Below, piece by piece: positions 45,687 to 56,110 of a stretch of 64,000 nt of DNA. The DNA lies in assembly GCF_000143415.4 (NCBI RefSeq), contig NW_003314397.1:124001-188000 (forward strand). Direction: 5' to 3'. A model generated the notes under the pieces. That model saw nothing but the letters and a program-made list of their open reading frames with translations, did not search any database and was not told where the DNA came from. The DNA is from Selaginella moellendorffii. Its lineage: Eukaryota; Plantae; Lycopodiophyta. Both the position numbers and the translations under genes were made by a program. The first letter of the stretch is position 1, and each line of letters starts with the position of its first letter.

Positions 45687-46835
45687 ATGTGTGCTATCGA
45701 GGATGGTGCTTCTAGCGGTATCACGGTGAACGAGAGTGCGTTATCGCTGGATTCCTTGTCTGGAGGGGATGAAGGGTCTTCTAGCGTCAGCTCGCTGGCG
45801 GAGGAGGAGGAGATCGTGTCGGGATTGGATCAAGCGCGATCTATCTCGAGCAAGAAGAGGGTGAAGATGATGTGCAGCTATGGCGGCCGGATCTTGCCCC
45901 GGCCTCACGACAACCAGCTGCGTTACATGGGTGGAGAGACCCGCATTCTGGTGGTGAAGAAGGAGATTGCGTACAAGGATCTCATGGCGAAGCTCTCACA
46001 CCTTGCCGGGAAGAGTTTTCTTCTCAAGTACCAGCTGCCTAATGAAGATCTGGACGCGCTCGTGTCGGTCACCTCGGACGAGGACGTCAAGAACATGATG
46101 GACGAGTTTGACAAGATGGTGAGTCGAGACCGATCTTCCGATGGAGCTGCGGTGAAGCTGAGGGTGTTTTTGTTCGATCCTCACGGCCCTTCCAAGTCGC
46201 CATTGTTCGATCCATCGGCAGTGCTCGAGTACTCGTCCGACGAATCCGTCATGGATCCAAGCTCCACAAGCTCGGGGTCAAAGTTTGCGGCCTCGCCGCC
46301 ACTCCTCGCGACCAATTCCTCCTCGTATCACCACCATCCACCTCGCAAATCCAAGATGGGCGCTGCGCAGCAATTGCGGGATCACGAGTTTGGGTCGCTC
46401 AAGGCGTACCAGCGCAAGCACCAGGCCCAAGATCAGCATCACTCCCCGGTGGAGCCGGAGAACAATCACAGCGAACGACGAGGAGGTATGTTCTACAACC
46501 AGGATGTTCCATCCAGTGGCCAGCTCCACCCCCATCACTATCAATTCGTTGATGGATTCACCAGCAGCGAAGCAAGCCGCGGGATCAAGCCTCCCTGTCA
46601 CTGCTGCGCTGCGGAGCCATCATCTTCTTCGTCATCGATGCTCCCCCCGCGACATCCTGTTGCACAGCGATCCCTGAGTCCCTACCACCATCACTCCCCT
46701 GTGCGTACAGGCTACTCGATCAACGAAACCCAAGCCCACTTCTGCGGACCTCGCTACTATAATCCTCCATCTTATTCTCACCACCACCACCCCCACCACC
46801 ATCACCACCTCCACCACCTATATAACAATGCGTGA
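45687..46835 (+). CDS. PB1 (octicosapeptide/Phox/Bem1p) domain protein
   Basis: VKMMCSYGGRILPRPHDNQLRYMGGETRI, LKYQLPNEDLDALVSVTSDEDV.NMMDE, KLRVFLF; His-rich tail. Confidence 0.92.
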   Translation: MCAIEDGASSGITVNESALSLDSLSGGDEGSSSVSSLAEEEEIVSGLDQARSISSKKRVKMMCSYGGRILPRPHDNQLRYMGGETRILVVKKEIAYKDLMAKLSHLAGKSFLLKYQLPNEDLDALVSVTSDEDVKNMMDEFDKMVSRDRSSDGAAVKLRVFLFDPHGPSKSPLFDPSAVLEYSSDESVMDPSSTSSGSKFAASPPLLATNSSSYHHHPPRKSKMGAAQQLRDHEFGSLKAYQRKHQAQDQHHSPVEPENNHSERRGGMFYNQDVPSSGQLHPHHYQFVDGFTSSEASRGIKPPCHCCAAEPSSSSSSMLPPRHPVAQRSLSPYHHHSPVRTGYSINETQAHFCGPRYYNPPSYSHHHHPHHHHHLHHLYNNA

Positions 46836-47072
46836 AAAGATGGTGTCGGGCAAGGAAGAAACTCTTAATACAACCTTTATATAGAAGGAGGAAGAAAGAG
46901 GGCTCTAAAACAAGGAGGGCTCTAGAACAATAGATTCTTAATTTTTCTCATTTTTCGGGTCTGTAAACGCACAGAGAAGCGGAGATTACCAAAACAATTT
47001 GTATATACGAGAGAAAAAAAACACACTTTTAATGGAAGAAGCAAAGTCCGATGTACCTGATAAGTATGCTAG

Positions 47073-49594
47073 CTAGTAGCGAGGACTTGCAGCAGCAGGA
47101 GAAGCGTGGACCTCTCGCTGATGTTGTTGATGATGCTGCTGCTGGTGATGAGATCTCGGCACATTCCCATTGCGTTGCTCTCTGAAGATCCGTAGCAAAG
47201 CGGAGGCCTGGCACGAAACGTAAAGAGGATGCAAGTCCGAGTCAGTCGCTGCCTGTGCCTTGACATATTTGGACGTTCCATACCTTCTCTTTTCCTCGCG
47301 CGGTCCCAGTCTGTGACAAAATGTGTAGCATCGGAGTGACACCCTCGTTGAAAATCATGGCTCGGTGCCTGGGACTGTTGGAGCAAAGCGTCAGCAACGC
47401 GGCAGCCGCATGCTCCTTCCCGCGCTGGGACCCGGCTTCCACGACTTCCACCAGAGCTGGAATTCCTCCGTCCTCGGCAATGGCGCTGCGTCCCTCCGAC
47501 ACCGTGGACAAGTTGGTCACCACCGCCACGGCCTTGTCCACCATCCCCAGCCTCGGCTCGCAGATGAGGTCGATGAGAGGCTTGACGGCTCCGGCCTTGA
47601 CCACCTTGTTCTTGTTGTCGTGGCATATCGAGAGGTTGAAGAGCGCGGTTGCCGCATCCTTCTTCCCGCGAGGAGTTCCGGACTTGAGTAACTCGACCAG
47701 CGGCGGGATGGCGCCAGAAGCGCCGATGAGTGCCGTGTATTCCTGCTTCACCGAAAGGCTAAACAGCGTGGCTGCCGCGTTTTGCCTGGCTTCCGGGTTT
47801 CCTTCCGAGAGGACGCTGATGAGAGGCGGGATGGCGCCCGAGTCCACAATGTCGTGCTTGTTGCCGTCGTTGAGTGACAGGTTGAGCAGCGACGTGACCG
47901 AGTCCTCCTGGACTTTTGGATCCGCGGAGCTCAGCAGTGCCACCAGCGGTTTGATGGCGCCAGCGTTGGCTATCCGGATCCTGTCCTCGGCGTTGTTCTT
48001 GGCGAGGAGTCTCAGCTCCGCCGCAGCCGTCCTTTGCATGTCCAGAGATGGCGCGTCCAAGTCCTGGATCAGACTCCTTATCTTGCTCTCCTTGTTCTCG
48101 TCGTTGCCAATGATGTCGAAGAGCTTCTCGCTGTTACCACCAAGTTTCAGCCTCGACCTCTCCTTCCTGTTCCTGTAGAGAAACCTGGGTGACTTCTCCT
48201 CGAGACTGTCCGAGGCTGCGTCTCCGGAGAGCTCGCCGCTGAAGCGACGTCGACTCCCAGGAGAAGCAGCACCTCTGCTGGAACCGGACGGCTTGTGCTG
48301 GATGCCTACCAAGAAGGATCTCATGTCAGGCTCCTCGCCGCCACCTTGCTCAGGATCGTGGTTCCCGTCCACCATCTCGGACGAGGACACTGGCAGCGAC
48401 TCGGCCTCCACTCCACTGCCTTTGGTGCCCGACGACACGTCCTGCTCTAGCAGCTGCGGAGGAGGCTTGGAAGGAGTGATGAGCTCCCCCAGCTCGTCAA
48501 CTTTCGGGGGCTCGGGGAGTGGCACGTTGTGCATCTCACACCAGTTTGCGATGAGCGCCTTGACGGTGTAGTTCGGGATCAAGTTGGTGTGAGAGATCAC
48601 TTGCTGCGTCTTGGGACAAGTCCTGTTTCCTCGATCCACCCACTGTTGAATGTAAGCTCGTTCATAGGTCTGTCCGGAAGCCACGATGACAGGATCCGAC
48701 ATTAGCTGCTGCGATAGTGGACAGCAGAAGTCGGCAGGGATCGGAATGTTTTGCTGCTGGACGCTATCCACTTTCTCTGGAGCAGGATCTTGGGTGGTCA
48801 TACTCAGCAGCGATGTAAGCTTGTCGATGACAGCAGCAGCGCCATCTTCCCTCGACTCCCTCTCCTTTTCCAAAGCGGCCTTCTCCTTGGCAATGCTTTC
48901 CAAGGACCCCAACTCCATCTCCTCGAGAAACCTTTTGAGCTGCGCTGGATTCACCTGGGAGCGGCCAAAGTCTTTGAGAAGGATGGCAATCTCGTCCGCC
49001 AGCTGAGAGTCACGGGCATTGATCGTGAACTTTAATCTCCGTAGCTCCTGGTGACAGTGCTCGATCTGCACTGAAGACGACGAGGGGCTCAGAAACAAAC
49101 GCAAGAAGGAGCAAGGCTCTCATGAATTACCTGTGATCTTGTGTGACTAGAAATATACATAGAAGATAGAGGGATGGTTTCAATGACCCGACACATATCG
49201 CCAGCGATTTCTTGAAACCCAACGACGATCTCGTGACAGCGATAGATCTACACAAAAGCGCATTAGAAAAGAAGAAGAAGAAAAAGAAACTCTCACGCTC
49301 TTTCTCACACTCGCAACTTACCAGGAAAATCTTGCTCCTTCCAACGCTGCATTCCTCCACCGCGTCCCTGGCCCTGAGAAGAACGCTGTTGAGCGATTGG
49401 AATGGCGCTAACGCGGGCTTGGGCAGCGGAATCTTCACTTCACGGAGGTAATCAACGGCGGGCTTGAGCATCTTGATGCGAGCGAGCAGGCTATGGACGC
49501 TGGATCGCTGGAATTTGACGCTCTCTCGAGCCAGCAGCAGCATGTGCATGGAATCCGACACATCCGTGAGGATCACCTCGTCCTCCATCACCAT
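47073..49594 (-). CDS. U-box/ARM-repeat E3 ligase (PUB4-like), multi-exon
   Basis: UND N-terminus, IPADFCCPLSQQLMSDPVIVASGQTYER U-box, ARM repeats (GKKDAATALFNLS, GKEHAAAALL). Confidence 0.93.
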
Positions 49595-50266
49595 TGCTAT
49601 CAAGATTTCCACTAGTGAGCGCGCGCGATCCACTAGAGTAAAACAAAGAAAACGCATTAAAATACCATACCTCAAATCCCTGGAAACCCTTGCTGGAGCT
49701 CGCGATTGGAATGCCGCGGCGTGGATCTAAGATTTTAGCCCGAGGCGCGCGATGCCGCCGCGGCGGGGCGCCATGGCGCCATAGCCTAGCGAAACAAAGA
49801 GATAAAGAAACTCTCGCGCAATCGATCAGAGGGGGTGGACGTTTCCCATGGCGTACGGACCCATGTGGCTACTGACCACCGATTGTCAGCCGGGCTGCCT
49901 TCTCAGCCGTCGATGCGATGTCGAGCGAAATGAATGCGGTCAGTACGGTCGCGCATTGATTAACGGTGAGATGGCCCGCCACCTGGCGAGGCATAATCCA
50001 TGTTTAAATGTATAAGTAAAGTTAAACTTCATGGTAATAAAACGTTTGACCGCGTCTTTTTCTACGAAGCTACGAGTAGAAGAATTCGTCTTCTCCTTCG
50101 ATCAGGGAGTGTTTATACTTGCTATAGTTTTTCTCTTTGGTTGTTTCTTCGAAGCCAAGTTCTCTCTTCGTGCATCATTGCCGAAGTTTAAAAGAACTTC
50201 CGCGGGATCAATCGCTCTCTTGCTTGCTCCCTGCGATGTTTCTCGCCAGAGATCAGCAATGCTGCG

Positions 50267-50701
50267 ATGGGTTTCGTGGCAGATCTCGTCGTTGGAGCGC
50301 TGGTATCCATCGTCGACTTGGTCAGCAGCTTGCTCCTCCAGTCGCTCTCCATCGTCCTGCTAGCTGCGATCCATCTCTTGAGGGGCTTGGTCACGATCGT
50401 CCTGCGAGCAGCCAAGCTCTTGATTCGTGCACTGGAGATCTTTTTCGATGCGTTGCTTGATGCGCTGTTCGCCGTCCTCGTCCGGATCTCATCTGTGCTG
50501 CTCGTGTTGGTTGTCGAGATCTGGAGGCTGCTTGTCTCGTTTCTAGCTCGAGCTGTCCGCGAGTTCATTGCTGACGTCCACACGGCTCTTGACAACACAC
50601 TTGGCATTCTCGTTGCTCTTGGAAAGCTGCTGGGACTTTCGCTCTACACGGTCTCGAAGAACCTGATTCGCGCCGTGGTCCATATCCTCGATAACTTATA
50701 G
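50267..50701 (+). CDS. Hydrophobic/amphipathic helical protein, 144 aa, unknown function
   Basis: ATG-to-stop single exon, GC-rich codon usage like neighbouring genes, no Pro or Cys. Confidence 0.6.
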   Translation: MGFVADLVVGALVSIVDLVSSLLLQSLSIVLLAAIHLLRGLVTIVLRAAKLLIRALEIFFDALLDALFAVLVRISSVLLVLVVEIWRLLVSFLARAVREFIADVHTALDNTLGILVALGKLLGLSLYTVSKNLIRAVVHILDNL

Positions 50702-50841
50702 CTGCTGCTTTGCTCTTCTTTTTACTTTTCTTGTCTTCCACCTCGTCGTGATCAATGTATACAAGCTGGTAAAGAATGTTGCACGCCCGCAAGCATTAGC
50801 ACAAGTTGAAGCTAGAAAATCAAAGTTACCGGTAATTAAGT

Positions 50842-52902
50842 CTATCGGGGATGCGGGGAGTCCAACGTTTCCGAGAACGCAGGAGAAGGATCAAACGGCA
50901 CCGGAAAAGCTTTGATGCTTGACGACCTCCGGAATGATCCGATACTATCCATTGAAAGCATGTACTGGGACGCGTTGTTCTCGATTATAAGAGCGTCGTC
51001 GAGCTCCTTCACGACACCAGCCATGTCCGGTCTACGTGCTGAGCAGGTCTCCACGCTTGCATAAGCCACCTCCACTACTCTCCACATTGCCTCCGGTGTG
51101 TAGCTAGCGCTGATACTCGGATCGATGATCGATTGAATGTTAGCTTCGCTTATGGACTTCCTGGCCTGCAACAAACACAGTAGAAATTCAATGCCTTGTC
51201 TAGCAACAAGTTAAACGAAAACTCACCCAGTCAACCAAACTGGCCTCTGAACGGGGACGGCGTAAGTTCAGAGGCTCGCGACCACATACGATCTCCAACA
51301 ATACGACGCCAAAACTAAAGACGTCGCTCTTGGTAGTGAGCACCTGTGTCATGTAGTACCTGCAAGCAAAAAATACATGGCGACTCAGGTTATCACGGAG
51401 GATGGTGACTTACTCTGGATCAAGATAACCAGTCGTTCCTCGAACTTCAACCGAGACGAGGCTGTCGTCTTCCTGCGGTGCAAATCGCGAGAAACCGAAG
51501 TCCGCGACTCTTGCGTTCATGCTGTCGTCAAGGAGAATGTTACTCGATTTTACATCTCTGTGAATGATGGGACGCGGGCCACTCGTATGCAAAAAGTTCA
51601 ACCCTGCAATGGTCGGATGATCAGTCTCCAAACAAAACTGAAATATACTCTACCTCGAGCGGCTCCTATCGCGATAGATAATCTGGTTTGCCAATCGAGC
51701 GGCTTTCTTGTTGCTGCCTCGCCATAAAGTCGGTCTTGTAAAGTACCATTTGACATGTAAGGATAGACGAGCATTTCGTGTTGGCCTTCCGTGCAGTAGC
51801 CAAGCAAAGGAACCAGATTCGGGTGTCTAATCTTGGATAAGAGCGTAAGCTGTCACAAGCTCCAGAATCAACAAACGTGTTTAACTTCATCGAACTCGCA
51901 GCTTACCTCAGCAGTGAACTCACGTAGGCCTTGTGATGAAGTTGATGATCGCACTTTGATCGCCACCTCCTGTCTGTTAATCAGCGTCCCACGGTACACG
52001 TATCCAAATCCACCTTCAGCTATCTTAATCCCGATTGCTTCTTCCAGTTCTTTCAGCATGTACTGCTTAATGGCGATTGGTTCTTTGTTTACTTTCAGCT
52101 CCATGCTCCTTTGATCTGTAAAGTGATATGAGAATCCATTTTATGGGACATGGGACGAAAAACACTTACAAATTCTCGGAGAAGACTGAGGCTCCACTGG
52201 CGGGGTTCCCCTCAGTGCTCGAAACAGCTTAGTGATACAAAGTGCCGTGACCATAGTCAGCGATGTCAAAGATATCAAGACCGTGCTCATGAGTCCAAGC
52301 ATGGATAAAGGACTTTGGTGTGGTCTTTCAAGCAGCTTTCTGGAAGAAAACCTGAGGCCCCTTGGCGTCAGAAAACTCGGAGACATGAAGCTTACCGGCT
52401 GTAAGTGAATTTTGGAGCGAGAAACAGTTCCAGAGTCGGCATGGTTGTCACGAGGCCGCTTGGAGCTGGCATCAAACAGTAAAGAAGTAGAGTGCTGTTA
52501 GCGGGATCAAGAGGAACCTGGATGACAAGATCCTTGGACGTGTCGACGTTGCGGAGTAGTTTTGAGTTGATCGAGATGTCTAATGCTGGCGGCTGTTTGG
52601 CAATCTTGTCATGTCTGAAAACTCCGCGGACGATGAAGCTCTGGCCGGTTATGTTCATTCTAGAGCAAACCTTCGTTTCTCTTGTAGCCAATTTGCTCCC
52701 ATTCGAAAAAGAAGTGGCCACGCTTTCCTTCCAAGAGGCAAGAGCAGTAACCTCTGCAACAAGGAGTCGAATTACAACAGTACTGCCGAATTCCCGATTT
52801 ACTCCTACCTTGATCCGAGCTGACCACCGGTCCTGCTTGTAGTAGCACAAGGCCAGAAATCACCAAAGTCGCAAAGAATTTCCATTGTTCATGAGGAAGC
52901 AT
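50842..52902 (-). CDS. SYMRK: SYMRK/NORK-like receptor kinase with short ectodomain, multi-exon
   Basis: Signal peptide; one malectin-like lobe; TM; [84 protein letters not shown]. Confidence 0.85.
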
Positions 52903-53395
52903 CTCTTATCTCCTCCGCCAATGAATTCGATCATGAGATCGATCAGGGATTGCGATGATGAACTGTTGCCGCAACTACAGGAGCAACAATTCAGTCCCAA
53001 ACAGGGAAAGTCAAAGAAGAATCTCTCGAGCCAAAGCAAGCAGCGAACAATCACTGATGGGAAACGAGAAAAAAAGAAGAAAAGCAACAGGAATGCGAAG
53101 GATCGATCACTGTATCCACAACCTTGGGGCAAGATCGGGGAGTGTGATGCGCTCCAGCGCTGGGGCAGCAAAACCCTACCTCGAATCGAATCAGGCCGGC
53201 ATGGCGCATGAGACTAGCTCTTCCTCCGCGAGATGGGCCACATTTGATTCCCCCAAACGAGCCGTCAAACCCTTTGTTAAAAGAGGGTTTATACTAAACA
53301 CCCTAGAGCGGGAAAAAATAATTTTAAATTGTAAAGGCGGGAAACTAGTTTAAAAATGAGCTTCTAGAGTTCTCTATCCAGATGCGCCATAGCCA

Positions 53396-54258
53396 ATGGC
53401 GTTTAGCTTGCGATGGCCAGTGTTTTGTGTGTGGCTACACACGGATCCTCCCACTCCTGGCCGCAATTCCTCTCTAGGGCTAGGGTTCGTGTGTCTCAAC
53501 AGCGATTGCGCAAGGCCATTTGCTGGAAATCGTCATCGCCGGTGTGGCCGTGCGGCATCTAGGGTCGCGGATGGGAGATTGGAAGATAAGGCGCTGGATT
53601 CTAGCAAGGATGATGACGATGCCATGGCCGCGCAGCTCAATGCGTTCTCCTATTCCGGTAGCTGCAAGGATGGGTCTCTAGTCTCGGTGGAAGTGCTCAA
53701 GCCCAAGCACTCGAAAGGTACAGTGGAAGTTCTCACGGATTCCTTCTGCGATCTTCTCTGGGGTCCTCTCACTTACAGGCCGCTCCTCCGGATGATCGTG
53801 CAAGAGAATTTGATCGAGACCCAGAAGCTCTTCCCCAAGAATGTGATTCTCGTGGCCTTGTACGAGCAAAGCTCCGCCAAGGTTGTGGTTGGTACGGTAG
53901 AGGTTTATTTGAGCAGTGCTGGTGTCTCGAGTCCCAATCCTCCTCCCGACGCTCCATTTCTTTGCAACATGGCTGTCAAGCAGAACTATAGAAGGTGGAA
54001 AAATTCCATTTTGTCTTTCACCGCTCTAAGTTTGTTCTTAGTGTGTACAGGAAAGGCATAGCTGGGCAACTTCTCAAGGCTGCGGAGGAGCTGGCTGTGA
54101 CAATGGGTTCCAACGAAATGTACCTTCACTGCCGCTTGATCGACAAAGTTCCCCTGGGAATTTACCAGCGAGCTGGATACGAGGTGGTCTCTACAAGCAG
54201 CGTCTTCTCCTTGCTCGTGCTACAACGCAGGAAGCACCTCATGCGTAAACGCCTGTGA
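53396..54258 (+). CDS. GNAT-family acetyltransferase (probable plastid targeting), 2 exons
   Basis: VVGTVEV, PFLCNMAVKQNYRR|KGIAGQLLKAAEE, MYLHCR..D..P..IY.RAGY. Confidence 0.88.
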
Positions 54259-54292
54259 TAGCAACGAGATCTTCACAGAAGCTGGCTCCTTT

Positions 54293-56110
54293 TCAGCACG
54301 AATCAGTTGAATCTTTCGGAAGAAGTGGCTCTGTGATCTCGGCATCGTCCTGCGTCAACCGACACGATTAGATACAGCAGATGGTTAACAGAAAACAGAG
54401 ACTACGTACTGAAGCCGGAAGAATCGCCTCTTGAAGAAGTTGGCAACGTTTGTTAACGATCAAGCAAGCACAGCCATCTCCCAGATGTTCACGGAAGTTC
54501 GAATGGATCCCAGGAGCCAGTCTACGGCGAGGAGTACTGAGACATCACCAACATATCTTGAGAAACCGACCGCCTGGAAACATAAAAGAATAATGTAAAG
54601 ACACAATTTTTTTCCTTCTCTAGAAGGAACACTCGCCTGCAATGCAGTGATCACAGTGATCACTCCAGCTTGTGGAACGGAGGCACACCCGATAGCGGCT
54701 AAGGTCGAAGCTATCGCTAAAACAAAGAGCTTGGCGAGATTTAGCTCCAGACCATGAGCCTGTATGAGATCACAATAGATTGCCAATGAAAAATAGCGAC
54801 TCAAAGCACACCTGACAAATAAAAAGCACTGATACTGCTTCATATAGAGCTGACCCGTCGCGATTGATGTTAGTTCCCAAAGGTATCACAAAACTCACGA
54901 GACTGGGATCACATCCGGAAGCCTCAGCACATTTCATTGTCAGTAAAGGCATTGTTGCAGCGCTGGATGAAGTTCCTAGACCCAGAAGCAGAGCTGGAGC
55001 AAAATGCCTGTCAAACATAGTTGTAGGTGAGAAGGAAACGAAAAGCTTGTATGCTTACATGAGGAGCTTGAAAGGATTTTTCTGTGAGAGGAAGAACCGC
55101 CAGCGAGTGTAATAAAAATCCTCCTATTACAGTCCCCACGTCCACTCCAAGGGCCTTCAACAGATGGAACACATTGCAGGCTTTCAAGAGTGTCTTGCAT
55201 GCTAACGAGGCAACTCCAAAGGGAGTAAACGCTATAACACCTAAGATCTGACAAGAAAAGTGTGTGAGCGGATTAGAGCTTGAGAAAGTTCTGGCTTACA
55301 ATTTTTATGACAACGCTGTTGCAAAGCTCGACAAGCGTCACTAGTGGATACGCGCGCTCGCCTAGAAAGAAAGCACAACAGGTATGAAGTCTCAAGGCAG
55401 AAATGCAAAAGCGTACCAACAGTGTTGCAGCAGAAGGCAAAAACAGTTGCAAAAGCAACAATCCCAAGGTAGTTTGGCTCAGCAACTATATTGGTTGGAA
55501 TAAGTTTCCGGCCGATGTTTAGAAACGCTTGAGCCGCGGCCGCAGCTGCTTCGTTATCTTCTGCACCACTGGATCCATAAAGACGTTAACCATTTCAGAA
55601 GAGGGCATTCACTTACGGATCTGGAGAGTTGAGGTTGGCGCAGCCTGGGAGAGAAGACGATACAAAAGGCAGACTCTTGCCTGGCTTGATGACATAAAAC
55701 AGAGTCATTCCAAGTAGCACGGCCAGTAGCATGGACAAAATATAGTAAAGAAGAGACCACCTAGCCTGCACAGATCTAAAAACCTCATTTTTCCGAGCGA
55801 AAAAAAGAAGAGCAGAAACTTACCCTCCCCCTGCCTGCCTCAAACTAAAGACTCCACTCATAAGTGAAGATACTACCAAGGGTAAGACGAGCTGCTGCAA
55901 TGCTCGAAGATACAGCTCTCCGGGATAGCCTGCAACGCATTCCTTTAGTTTCGGATCATAGAAATTTGGAAGCATACCTATGAGATCGATTGTTAGACTG
56001 GAGCAGTTTGAATTGTAGAGGGAAGCTCCAAGTCCAACTCCGGCAGCAACTCCCAGTAATGTCCACCAGACCAACATCTCCTTCCGTAGTAACGTCGCGA
56101 AAAGAGCCAT
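54293..56110 (-). pseudogene. SDF/DAACS (SLC1/EAAT-like) dicarboxylate/amino acid:cation symporter, multi-exon, apparent 1-nt frameshift near the C-terminus
   Basis: GYPGELYLRALQQLVLPLVVSSL, GTSSSAATMP, FVIPLGTNINRDGSALYEAV, AAIGCASVPQAG, LAVDWLL..IRTSVNIW(GD) with one G missing at 54480-54482. Confidence 0.8.
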
